Shown here in pieces: positions 1 through 11,640 of a DNA stretch of 64,000 bases (positions are counted from its first letter, which is position 1; each line of letters begins with the position of its first letter). The notes under the pieces are model-generated. The model was given only the letters and a program-made list of their open reading frames with translations. It did no database searches and had not been told where the DNA came from. Both the position numbers and the translations under genes were made by a program. Origin of the DNA: Vicugna vicugna (taxonomy: Eukaryota); assembly GCA_013265495.1 (NCBI GenBank), contig MU058584.1, forward strand, positions 62,001 through 126,000, given 5' to 3'.

Positions 1-619
1 CCATTAGGGTTAGGTGCCCCTGCCATGTACTCCCATAATTTGCTCTTGTCTCTATCATAACACTAATTAAGCTCTTTATATATTTTTCACTCCAGCTTTT
101 TTCTAAGTTCCTTGAGGGCAAAGACTCATTCTTCTTGCAGCCTCAGCATCTACTGTAGTGTCTGACACACAGCAGATGCTTCCAGGATTGTAAAGTGAGA
201 AACACTGGGTTGATTCAACCAGGGCTCAGAAGACTGATTATATGACTCTTCAGGCAAAAACACTAAGTGAGCCTTTTAGGTAAAGCCTTTAGGGGAGGAA
301 ATGGCATTGAGAGGAAAGTGTATGATGTCTCTTCTGGCACTCCTTTTCCTTCCACTTCTAGCACTCACAAGATGGATTAACCACCAACATTAGCCCAGAT
401 TCTGTTGTGGATACAAAGATGAAAAAGTGAAGTCTTTACCCTCAAGGGATTCACAGCCTGTGGTGGGAGTAGGGGAAGATATCACTCTTCCTCTGTCCTT
501 ACAAGCTGCCCCCTCCAAGGGGCTATGTTCCCAAGGAGAAGCGTTTGTTGCTTCTTCCATTTGACTTGGATACAGCTCAAGTATCCCTGCCCTGAGTCTC
601 AAACTCTTTGAAAATTATG

Positions 620-1118
620 AAGTTATATATGAGAAAGAGAAAAGCAGACCCTGGCATCCCGGAGCTGGCCTGGTACTATGAGGTAGGTCTTCCTTGGTGT
701 TGCTCGAGCCAGCCAGGCACGCACAGTTAGGTGTTTTCACTTTCCTGTTGACATCAAAATCAGACAAGGCCACTCTCAGATCATGATCAGACAAAAGCAA
801 GATCACTCAGTAATCATGTCTGAATACAGACACAACATAAACATCATCCAACCACAAAATACCAAACCTCTATCTGAGCTATAACGACTAATGCTACTTT
901 TTAAAAGTTCTGGCCAAAAAATACATAAAATTTATCTTCCTAAATACTTTTTTTTTTTAATGGAGGTACCGGGGATTGAACCCAGCACCTCATGCACGCT
1001 AAGCATATGCTTACCTAGATTTCCAGAAATTCTCCACAGTTCATGATTGAGTAATAAACCCAATTTGTTTAACTACAGGTGCGTTCCTGGTGGTCTTTGG
1101 CCAGAGGGCACTGACACA
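620..1118 (+). mobile_element. Probable ERVL-class solo LTR (MER54/MER74-like), interrupted by a SINE
   Basis: LTR-like 3' end (AATAAA at about 1054, then ...ggtggtctttggccagagggcactgaca); family resemblance from memory; boundaries approximate. Confidence 0.45.
948..1010 (-). mobile_element. tRNA-derived SINE (camelid-type), truncated
   Basis: T-tail then ggaggtaccggggattgaaccc (reverse-complement B box). Confidence 0.8.
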
Positions 1119-1419
1119 TAAAAACATGGCATTAATACTTTTAAATATATAGAACAGTATACATAAATAAGGAGTCACATAGCAATAAAAAAAAAATCTA
1201 GGCGAAAAGGAAAAATAGTCACAAGAGAACTACAAATCGCTTCATAAGCTCTGACAAAATGTTTTACTTCAAATGCATATAATTATCCTGCTGATTCAGT
1301 TGGGACCATTATTTCAATTTGGATCCATTTTCTGCTCCTGCAGAAAGTCTAAAAAAGTCTCAACACTAAAAGCCTGAGAAGCCCTGTATTTGGGTATAGT
1401 TTATCCTATACCACCAAGT

Positions 1420-2170
1420 TGGGAGAGCCGGGTAGAGACACGGGGTAGAGAGAGGCTGTTCTGAATACGGCTTAGATCCACCCGCCTGCTGTAACGTCAC
1501 CCTCCACAGTTAAGTCCGCATTCCCGCAGTCGATGTGGTCCTCCAAGGGATCCGAGGCGCAATTCAGGCCGGGTGGGCCCGGAGGAAGGACGTTCTAGCC
1601 GGCCGCCTACTCGATGGTACGGCCCGCAGCAGCCCGACCCCTGGGCGCCGCCATGTTGGAGGCGCAGGGAGGGAGTCATGGCTGCGAACGCTCGAGCTGC
1701 ATACGGAGCCGGGCCAGCTCCGCCGGGGAGATGCTGGAAGTGCGGCCGGGGCTGTTTCTAGGTGGCGCCGCGGCCATCGAGGAGCTGGACCACCTGAGGG
1801 AGGCGGGCATCACGGCCGTGCTGACGGTGGACTCGGAGGAGCCCGACATCAAGGCGAGGGCTGGGTTCGAGGGACTACGGAGTCTCTTCGTGCCAGCGCT
1901 GGACAAACCCGAGACCGACCTGCTCAGCCATCTGGACCGGTGCGTGGCTTTCATCTGCCAGGCCCGCGCCGAGGGCTGCGCGGTGTTGGTGCACTGGTGA
2001 GTGGTCCGGTCCGTGGGCAGAGCAACTCGCCTCGCTTCCAGCCTGCCCCCGCGTAACCTTTTCCTCCGAGACCCCCAAAGAGGACGAAGGGCCAGTCCGA
2101 CTGCTAGAACCTCCTCCTACTTTCTCCCCGGTAGGCGTTTGTGGGAGAGAGAGGAGTGGGCAGGAGGCGG
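1420..2170. promoter_or_regulatory. DUSP12: CpG island / DUSP12 promoter and exon 1; CRE-like TAACGTCA at 1492-1499
   Basis: Sharp rise in GC and CpG density against AT-rich flanks. Confidence 0.88.
1653..1996 (+). CDS. DUSP12: DUSP12 exon 1 (MLEAQGG...AVLVH plus first 2 nt of the catalytic Cys codon)
   Basis: gccgccATG Kozak context; ORF 1614..2000 translation; donor TG|gtgagt. Confidence 0.96.
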
Positions 2171-5100
2171 CCCCTGATGGCTCGTAGGCTTTCATCCATT
2201 CTAGTTTGTGTTGGTTAATTTTGCAGTCTTCGAGTTTTGTTTGGGGGAGGAGGGGCAGGAGGAGTCTTAAGGTAAATGACAAAGTCCCTGCACCTAAAGA
2301 GTTAAAGCACTCAGGAGAAGACGGACACAAACCCAGATTATTGTAATGCAGACTAGGATGCGAAGTGTGTAGTAAGGGGGAGAGTAACAAAGGTTAAAGT
2401 TACTCAAACTTCAGAGGAAGAGCAGATTATTTTCAGTGTTTTAGTTTAGGGAATGACTGATGTAGGGGAGAACTGGGGAGAGAAGAATTGGTTAGGACTT
2501 AAAAGATCCCTAAGCCATGCCTAGGGGAAAGATGGGGTAGGTGGTAGCAATGGCAAAAAGATTGTAGTAACAATAGTTTAAATTATTAAGCCAGCACTTT
2601 TACTGTGTGCCAGCATTTGTTCCAAACAGTACATAAAGGACGGAAGATAGTTGATAAAATGAGGGAAAAAAGTCTGAGCCCAGATCTCCAGGGCCCTTAA
2701 AGCCAAGAGCAAAGGTTAGATTTGTTCCAAAGCCATTATAGAATTTAGAAAAATTAGTGTAATTGTTTTTGAATAGGTAATACATCCACATAGTTCAGAA
2801 TTCGAAAGGAATAAGAAAGTAAAGGATTTAAATTCTTTTTTACGGTGGTAGTATTTCAGAGGCAAAAAAAAAAGGTTTGAGTAGAAGAAGCAGACATAAA
2901 GTGGACTTGAACTTTACTATTAATAGGAGGCTGGGGCTTTTTGGTTTTTTAATTGTTGCTATTTGCTGTTTTATTTTAAACTTCTTTTTCAGTCATGCAG
3001 GAGTCAGTCGAAGTGTGGCTGTAATGACTGCTTTTATGATGAAGACTGACCAGCTTACCTTTGAAGAAGCCTATGAAAACCTCCAGACTGTCAAACCAGA
3101 GGCTAAGTGAGTTCTTTGTTACAGTAATAATTCTGCTTTTGTGATGTGATTTTACTTATTTAAAGAAAACTTAACTTTATATTTGTTTGTCTTTACAGGA
3201 TGAATGAGGGGTTTGAGTGGCAACTGAAATTATACCAGGCAATGGGATATGAGGTAGATACCTCTAGTGCAATTTATAAACAGTATCGTTTACAGAAGGT
3301 TACAGAAAAGTATCCAGGTAAGTAATAATTGGTAGTATGTATTGAGTTCTTTCTAGATGCTGTTTACTCTGACACCAAATGCTTCAGGTGCATTATCTCA
3401 GTTTTCCAGCAATCTCTTGAAACAGGTACTTTTATTTCCTTTTGAAGCTGTGGTTTTGGCTGGCTTGGATTTGAACTCAGGCAGTCTGTGTGCAGAACCC
3501 AAGCGCTTCATCACTTTGCTCTCCTACCTCATCCTGATTTCTCAACACTGGAGATATGTATATGTATATATATGTATATAAATATTGTTTTTAAATTTCT
3601 GCGGTTAGCACTACTTGCCTCAGCTTGAGATTAACTGAATTTTGTCTGAAAATACAGAGGGTTGATTTTGACTAACACATATGTTTTATGTCATGTAGAA
3701 TTGCAGAACTTACCTCAAGAACTCTTTGCTGTTGACCCATCTGCCATTTCACAAGGATTTAAAGATGGGATTCTCTACAAATGTAGAAAGTGCAGGTAAA
3801 ATATTTTGTATCCTCTGGAGATTTTAATCTTGTCTCAGTAGCTGAAAAGTACTGGAAGTTTCAGTTTCTTAAAATCTGTAGGAAGAGTCTGTCTAATTGA
3901 ATAATATAGACATTTGACATTCACACCTGATTTTAAGAACATGAATTTTTTTTAATTGATTTTTTTGGGGGGGAGGTAATTAGGTTTACTTAATTATTTA
4001 CTTTTTGGAGGAGATACTGGGGATAGAACCCAGGACCTCGTGCATGCTAAGCATGTACTCTACCACTTAAGCTATATCCTCCCCCGTTAAGAACATGAAT
4101 TCTTAAAAATAAAAGTAATCCATTAGCATGCACAAGGTCCTGGGTTCAGTCCCTAGTACCTCCATCAAAAGTAAGTAAGTAAACCTAAATAAGTAAAACT
4201 CCCCCCACAAAAAGATCAAAATAAAAAAAAAGTAATCTAGTTATTTGTAGAGTTATCAAAAATTAAAATAGTATAATCAGTGTTACAGTATTTTGCCCAC
4301 TAAGAAATGCTGCACATTTAATATATTTTTTTCATCCTTGTGGAAGTCACAAATGTTTTCTTTTGTTTGGGGGTTGCAGGCGATCGTTATTTCGAAGTTC
4401 TAGCATTTTGGATCATAATGAAGGAAGTGGTCCTATAGCGTTTGCCCACAAGAGAATGACACCATCTTTCATGCTTACCACAGGGAGTCAGGCTCAGTGT
4501 ACATCTTATTTTATTGAACCTGTACAGTGGATGGAATCTACTTTGTTAGGAGTGATGGATGGACAGGTGAGAACATTTTATTTTCTATAGTTTTATCATA
4601 TCATCTATATTTTTGTTCCTACTTTCATTTTGAACCATATTTTAACTAGTGTTTTATCTATTTTAACTACTTTCTAGTGTAGAAAAGAATTTATCAAAGA
4701 TGAATTAAATAAAAACCAGCTGATCTAAAATAGTGAACCATTTTTGGTTGACAGCTGTTGGTCTAAATTAATTTCTTTTAACGCTATTGTTTATACTTTC
4801 ATCACTTCCAGATAAACCTTATACAGCAGTCATTTCCCATTCTTGATAGTATTATTTGCAGCATAAAGTTGTTAATTTTGTTGAAGTCCACTTTATTTAT
4901 TTATTTATTTTCTTTTGTGGCTTGTGCTTTGGCTTGCTGCTTTTATTTAACCTGGAAAACACACAAGTTTTATAAAGGCATTTTTTGAAAGATACTAGAC
5001 ACATTTGTGCATACTTCTTTGTACACTTATTTGAATTTTCTTATAGAATATATAACTAAAAGTGAAATTCCTGGTTTGATTAGTGTGTCCATTTTAAATA

Positions 5101-7096
5101 TTACTAATATTCCAGACTAACATTAAAAAATGCCCATGCAGATTTGCCTTTCACTGATGTTGAATGCTTGTAGTCATTTACTCATACCCCTGGTATAATG
5201 GATATTGTAAAGCTGGTTAAGTCAGTGAGATGAAAAATTTTATTTTAAATCCTAAAATGTGTTTTAATTTGAGTCTTCTTGACTACTACCAAGGACTGAT
5301 ATCTTTATATACTGAATAGCCATTTATAGTTTCTTTATAAATTTCCTTCATATCCTTGGCCCCTTTTTCTGTCGGTTTTATCTTTCATTGATTTGTAGGA
5401 GCTCTTTATATAGTTGAGAGGTAATGTTTTATTTAATATATTGCAGATACTGTCTTCAGTCTGTTGCTTATCTCAGCTTTATGGTATATACCTTTTTTTC
5501 AGTTTTATTGAGATGTAATTGACATACAGCACTGAGTAAGTTGAAGGTGTACAGCATGACTTGACATACATAATATCATGAATGTGGGCTTTTAAAAATT
5601 GTAGTAAAATATTCATAACATGTTTACCATTTTGACTATTTTTAATTATATAATTCAGTGGCGTTGAGAACACTTGCATTGTTGCGCAACCATCACTACC
5701 ACCCATCTCCAGAACTTCATTTTCCCCAACTGAAATGCCATGCCAGTTTAATACTCCCTCCCCATTTCCTCACCACTCCTTCCCCACCAGCCCCTGGCAG
5801 CCACCATTCTACTTTCTGTTTATTTTTATTTACTTATTTATTTTATTGATGCATAGTCAGTTTACAATGTTGTAACAGTTTCTGGTGTATTTTCTGCTTT
5901 CTGTCTTGATGAATTTGACTACTCCAGTTACCTTATAAAGTGGAATTATACATCTACTTGTCCTTTCAGGACTGGCTTATTTCATTTGGCATAATGTTCT
6001 TGAGGTTCATCCATGTTGTAGCATGTATCAGAATTTCCTTCCTTTTTAAGGCTGAATTATATTCCACTGTGTGTATATACTACATTTTGTTTATTCATTC
6101 ATTCATCCATGGACACTTGGGTTGTTTCCCCCTTTTGGGTATTGTGAATAATGCTGCTATGAACATGGGTATACAAATATCTGTTTGAGTCCCTGCTTTT
6201 AATTCTTTTGGGTATATACCCAGAAGTGGAATTGCTGGATCATATAGTGACTCTCTGTTTTATTTTTTTGAGGGTTGTGGTATATTTTGTCATACTAAAA
6301 TTTAAGATATTTATGTAATTAATTTTGGTTTCAGAATTTATGTCTAGACTTTCTATAGCTCAATATTAGAAATAAAAATTGCTACCTCCTACCATGCACA
6401 AATTAAAGAGCTAAATGTAATAATGTTATAAGTACATTAGAAGAAAATGCAATATGCTTGTTAAACTTTTTTGGATGATTTATTTTACTGGAGTATCTGT
6501 TTTTAAATAGCCAGGAATCTGAGGCCTAACAACATGCTGTCAATATCAGTAACAGAACATGAGAATGCTAACATACTTTCCTATCTTTTAGCCATGGTGA
6601 TTTTATTTTGAAATCTTAAATTGTAAACTGATTTAAAAGTCAACACATATGTCACAGTAAGGAAGCTTTCTATTTCAAGCTTTACCTTTCTCCTCTCTTA
6701 CTGGAATTAATCTATTCCTCCTCTAAACTTCCATGGTACATGCTTCTTACAGTGCTATTGTAGTCCACCATCTGTTACAGTAAATTGCCATTGCATTCTA
6801 TCTCACTAATTAGATCATCAACTCTTTTTAGGTAGGAGCCATGTCTTACCTGTTTTTATATCCTGTATTACCAAATATAAATACTTATTTTGTATCAAAT
6901 GAATAAATGAAGTAATGCATTTGTTTTATTTCAGCTTCTTTGCCCCAAATGCAATGCCAAGTTGGGTTCTTTCAACTGGTATGGTGAACAGTGCTCATGT
7001 GGTAGATGGATAACACCTGCTTTTCAAATACATAAGAATAGAGTGGATGAAATGAAAGTGCTGCCGGTTTTGGGATCACAAATAAGAAAAATATGA
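1653..7096 (+). CDS. DUSP12: Dual specificity protein phosphatase 12 (YVH1 orthologue), complete spliced CDS: join(1653-1996,2993-3106,3199-3317,3699-3795,4380-4566,6935-7096), 340 aa
   Basis: Exons sum to 1023 nt with consistent phases and GT-AG introns. The protein has the VHCHAGVSRS PTP signature and the C-terminal zinc-binding domain (CRKC...H...C...CPKC...CSCG). Confidence 0.98.
2993..3106 (+). CDS. DUSP12: DUSP12 exon 2 ((C)HAGVSRSVAVMTAFMMKTDQLTFEEAYENLQTVKPEA(K))
   Basis: Acceptor cttctttttcag, donor AA|gtgagt; phosphatase signature loop. Confidence 0.97.
3199..3317 (+). CDS. DUSP12: DUSP12 exon 3 (MNEGFEWQLKLYQAMGYEVDTSSAIYKQYRLQKVTEKYP)
   Basis: Acceptor ctttacag, donor G|gtaagt; manual translation. 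Confidence 0.97.
3699..3795 (+). CDS. DUSP12: DUSP12 exon 4 (ELQNLPQELFAVDPSAISQGFKDGILYKCRKC(R))
   Basis: Acceptor catgtag, donor AG|gtaaaa; first CxxC of the zinc domain. Confidence 0.96.
3948..4086 (-). mobile_element. tRNA-derived SINE, full length, with 15-bp TSD
   Basis: TSD ttaagaacatgaatt at 3933-3947 and 4087-4101; A/B boxes on the minus strand. Confidence 0.9.
4121..4227 (+). mobile_element. tRNA-derived SINE, 5'-truncated, with 10-bp TSD
   Basis: TSD aaaagtaatc at 4111-4120 and 4228-4237; gggttcagtccc B box; A-tail. Confidence 0.88.
4380..4566 (+). CDS. DUSP12: DUSP12 exon 5 (RSLFRSSSILDH...GVMDGQ)
   Basis: ORF 4363..4590; acceptor ttgcag, donor CAG|gtgaga. Confidence 0.97.
4840..6280 (-). 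mobile_element. Nested old L1 (L1M) 3' fragments in DUSP12 intron 5
   Basis: Typical antisense L1 3' text (ggttcatccatgttgtagcatg, gtggaattgctggatcata); boundaries approximate. Confidence 0.8.
6935..7096 (+). CDS. DUSP12: DUSP12 exon 6 coding part (LLCPKCNAKLGSFNWYGEQCSCGRWITPAFQIHKNRVDEMKVLPVLGSQIRKI*)
   Basis: Acceptor ttttatttcag; TGA at 7094-7096. Confidence 0.97.
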   Translation, partial: LLCPKCNAKLGSFNWYGEQCSCGRWITPAFQIHKNRVDEMKVLPVLGSQIRKI

Positions 7097-7336
7097 ACTT
7101 GTGACATTTGATAACTTGGGAAGAAACTTGCTGATGATATGTGGTACCCTTGCTTATTGTCATTCATGGCAGAGTGCCTAATTTTAGGCCATCAACATTT
7201 CATTTGAAATGTGAGAAGATAAAATCACTTGCTGTGACTTGGAAGCTATGCTTTGTTGGATTCTTACACTATTTAAGTAGAATATATTATATGAAAATGA
7301 AAACTTTTTAATCATGTAAATTATACTTTATTTGAT

Positions 7337-7342
7337 ATTAAA
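7337..7342 (+). terminator. DUSP12: Likely DUSP12 polyadenylation signal (ATTAAA)
   Basis: ATTAAA about 240 nt after the stop, followed by a T-rich downstream element at about 7361-7385. Confidence 0.65.
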
Positions 7343-8263
7343 ATCTTCTGTAACCCAGATATTTTCTTTTTTTCACTTTTTTTTAAAGTTCTGATTTTTG
7401 GAATGTTTGCTATGTAATCTTAAGTTCTGGATGGACAAAGTTATATACAAAAATTGGAAATTATGTTTAAATAGAGATTCTTTTATTTCTAGAAATGTAA
7501 AGCAGATTTATTTGGACATATTTTGATGTTTATTTCTCTTTCTTTTAAGAGATATTAGTAAATCTACATATGTCTGGATTTTTCTTGGACATGCAGAAGG
7601 CAAGTCCATTAGTAAAATACTGACTAAAACATGGTGGTCTTATTACTGTTCAGGAATCCCAATTATCTAAATTTTTAGAAAAGTGTGTTTGAGATACTTT
7701 TTGAAGTGATCTACTTAAAGAAATGTATTAATGTTAGGTGTATTCTAATGCTAAAGAAAATAAATGTGCAGTAAACACGTATCAATCACCTTTTTGGCAC
7801 GATATGTTAGAGTATTGAAAAAGGTAGTATGTCCAGATTAGCTTTTGAAACTGGAATTTATTTTACTCTGGAAACTGGAATTTATTTTACTGATTACTAA
7901 GAGAATTGCACCTAATTAGATATTTGAACATTTATGTGAAATCAGAATTAGCTAATAAAGAGAAATATAGTCCATGTTCTTAAGGCACTTAGTATATTTA
8001 CACATGTGAGTCTATCTATATGTACATAAGCACCAAAGTGAGAGTCATTTTAAATACAAAAAAAAATGTGAATAATGATTCTCTTAAAAAGTGTAGGAGT
8101 GTTACAGATGATTCTTGAGAATATCTCAACATAGTATCTGAAGCCTTTGGCAGCTTTTAATAACTTTTTCTTAAGAGAAAAAATTTCTCCACTTCTGTCT
8201 TAGCTTTCACAGTATCTGTTTACTTCTTTATCATATTACACTCTAGAAAGTTTTAGAAAACAA

Positions 8264-8343
8264 TTAGGTTGAACCATGTGAAGTTGCCCCTTTTGTAGGT
8301 AAAAAGTAGTTCAGTAGCAGCAGTTTCATATGGTTGAAGTTAA
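8264..8343. mobile_element. MADE2-like mariner MITE (about 80 bp, near-palindromic)
   Basis: Inverted termini ttaggttgaaccatgtgaa ... ttcatatggttgaagttaa. Confidence 0.8.
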
Positions 8344-9149
8344 TGCCTATCCATTGCACGCTGTGGCATCTAGTACAGAGAAAATGACAGGTTTTATTTG
8401 AGTTTATAGTTGTCAGTAAATATTTATTAAGCACCTTTTATATGCACAATTCTAGGTGATACACTGAACAAACTAGATAAAGCCCCTGCCTTCTTGAAAG
8501 TTACATTCTAGTCAGGAGACAGAGAAAAATAGCACCTTTTTTGAAAGATAATTGGTATTTGGCAGTGAGAAATGATTTTGGGAAACTTTATGAAAATTTT
8601 GAAGTTTTGTGAAACATCCACCAAGTAAAATTTTCAGATTTAAAATACTTTAATGTTTTACTTTTTGGAGGTAGAGAGAAATTCCATTATGCCTTTTTGT
8701 TAATAAAACAAACAAAAAACTCAGATGGAACCCTTTTGTTTTAATATTTAGGAATATCAATTGAGAACATTGGAATGTACACATTTGTTGAAAATGGCAA
8801 ATATTAACCTCATTTCAGAGGCAGTGTTGTACAGCGAAAATAGTACTGAAGTAAAAGTTGAGAGTGGGCTCTAATAATTCTGGCTCCACTGATTACATCT
8901 TCCTGGAAGTGAGCAGGTTTCTTGAAAATTGAGAGTCATTTTTCTTCTTCACAAAATGGATTAATATGTGCCCTGCCCTGACAGCATTGTTTTGAAAATC
9001 ATTTGCAATAGCCTTAATACCTTTTTATATGAAATAGAGATAATAGTATCTACATCTGGGTTATTAAGAAGATTTTTGTGACATAATGCTGATAAAGAAC
9101 TTTAGTACAGTGCTTAGCTAGTACCATTTGGCATTTTTCCTAAAAATAG

Positions 9150-9360
9150 CTGCACTTTATCGAGCACTTAATGTGCCAGTCACTATCCTAAACACTTAAT
9201 TTGTATTACCTAATTTAATCCTTGCAACAGCCCTGAGATAGATCTGTCCCCATTTTACAGGTGAAATTGAGGCTTAGAAAGTTTAAGTCCCTTAAAGTAC
9301 ACTGTTAGCAAATGAACCTAGCGTAGAAGCAGGATTCGGCTTTCTCCAAAATCTGAGTTT
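9150..9360 (-). mobile_element. MIR SINE
   Basis: MIR core: cccattttacaggtgaaattgaggcttaga. Confidence 0.75.
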
Positions 9361-9501
9361 TAATCTTTGTATTCTAATGTTTGGATTCACTGTTGAGGAT
9401 GATATATGTCTTAAAGATGTCATACTGAAAATACCAACCAGATTGTAAAGTCTAATACTACCAATGAAATGCAATTTTTAACTAAGCTATAAATCTACTA
9501 G

Positions 9502-10130
9502 TCAGGCAAACCACCAACATTTAAATGCAGGGTTCAGACGAGTGCAAATCTAAACCTACCTATTATTTGCCTAAATATTTAAAAAATTATAAATAAAGCT
9601 ACCAAACTATTATGTAAAATGTTTCATTATCTTGACAAATATGTCTTCATAATGACCTGGAAGACAAGGTTTGAATTTAGAATTCTCTGACTTTGTGGAG
9701 TTTGATGACAAAGCATAGAAATGTGGCGAGAGTTGGCCCCTAACCCACAGACTGCCCCTTTTCCCCATCCCTGGATTTTTCATGAGGACTCTAGTGCATA
9801 TGTTTATGTGGACTCCCCATCTGACATGGACTCTAGTGCATATGTTTATGTGGACTCCCCATCTGACATTTCTAAGCTCTTTTCTACCCCTCTGGCATAC
9901 ACCGTTGGCACAGTTCTCCCTTAGGAAGTCAGAGGCCTGAGCAAACCCTAGAAGCAGGCTTGGAGCTATTTGGGTATCAGAAGCATGTCTAGAAGGGGAC
10001 GTGTGTTCTGGCTGGGCACATCACTTTGGCATCGTGGATTCTTAACCTGTGGGAAGAGACATTACCAGGTGCCAGAGTAGAGTCCTAAGTGTGAATCTAA
10101 GCAAGGGGCTAGTTTATGTCTCTAGGCTCT
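9502..10130 (+). mobile_element. hAT-Tip100 DNA transposon relic (MER115-like)
   Basis: Resembles the recalled MER115 consensus (cttgacaaatat...atgacctggaag...gaatttagaattctc); boundaries approximate. Confidence 0.6.
9786..9869. repeat. Perfect 42-bp tandem duplication
   Basis: ggactctagtgcatatgtttatgtggactccccatctgacat at 9786-9827 and 9828-9869. Confidence 0.97.
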
Positions 10131-10169
10131 CAAAATTCATTTTTCTTCCAAGGGTTTAAGCTGAAAGCA

Positions 10170-11640
10170 AATGAGGAATAAATGTAAAAGTATTCAATAA
10201 CATTCAACATTTATGGCTTTAAAAGAAGCATGGTAACTTGAATGAAAGGAAGCTTCCTTTAACAATGTACATATAAAATAATCTACAGACATAGCACATT
10301 TCTTAATGAAAATTGAAAATAAGTTTCCTTGTATTTAAAGAAAAAGTCTCCAGAAATAAATCCTGCAAAAACAAATGAGAAAACAAAATAAAAACCATTC
10401 AAGCCTCTAGATTTTACAATCAGTAGAATCACAAAGTGGGAAATTCTACTGGACAAATGACAGATTCTTGTCTCCTGTTTGTTTGAAATTTTCCATATTA
10501 AAGATGAAAAAAGATTGTAATGTTAAATAAATAAAATGTATTTTAAAATGCTAGTGTTTGGATGCAGTGTTTTTCTACACAGAAAATCCTAGAGAATTTA
10601 CAAATTATTAGAATCATGTAACTCAGCAAAGTTTTTGGATACAAGATTGCTGTATAGTAATCAAGAGTGTTACTACGCTTCAGCAATAACTAAATTAAAA
10701 GGATGTGTAAAATGAAGCTATGAAACCATGAAAAGAAAATTTTTAAAAATCTTAACCTCAGGAGATGGAAGGATTTGTTATGCAGTATCCAAGTAGCCGA
10801 GATCATAAACAAAAGATTGATCAATTTGACTGCATTGAAATTAAAGCCTAGAGGACAAAAACCCCATAAACAAAGATGTGTTAACATAGAAGGTATTTAC
10901 AACATACATGCCAGTTAATCGAGTAGGCTATCTAAAGATGTGCACATCATTGAGAAAAAATCCAATAGCAAATTTTATAAAAAAGATAAGAATAGGCAAT
11001 GCACAGAAGAGGAAATAAAGTTTAATAAGCATGAAAAGATGCACTACTTTAATTGTCAGGGAAATGTAAATTATAGTCACACCCTTCACAGGCAAAATAA
11101 GTAAAAATCTGAGCACATCTAGTGTGGATGAGAATGTAAAGCAAAGAGTACTCATCACTGCTAATGAGTATGTAAATTGGTGTAATTTGGCAAATACTAA
11201 TATTCCTACTTCATGACTCAGCATGTATCTTAAAGACATTCTTGCATCCATATATGCACAAAGAGACCTGTACAAGGATATATTTTATGTAACAGTAAAC
11301 AATTGAAACAATCCAAATGTTCATCAGTAGGGCAATGAAAAAACTTACGTATACAAATAATATATAGTTAAATATATATAACATCTAACAGCTAAAACAG
11401 ATCATCAAAAAGTAATATTGAATGAGAAAAGTGATTTGGAGAACATTAGTATGATATGTTTATGTGAATTAAAAAAAAAACCCAAATTGACACTACCTGT
11501 GTCTCTACACATATTTAAATATACAAGTAAAAATAAAAATGGACTAGAATGATTCCCATAAAATAATAAATACAAGTTGCCTATGTGGAGGGAGGGAAAT
11601 GAAGCAGAGGAAAAGCAGAGTTCAAATTTACCTGCAATGT
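10170..11640 (+). mobile_element. Highly decayed old L1 ORF2/3' region
   Basis: L1-like phrases (acacagaaaatcctagaga, gtaaattggtgtaa, caatccaaatgttcatcagtagg); boundaries approximate. Confidence 0.65.

Noticed and set aside
1497..2390. Multiple overlapping ORFs of 60-173 aa around DUSP12 exon 1
   Set aside because: Stop-codon depletion in a GC-rich CpG island; only the DUSP12 frame matches a known protein
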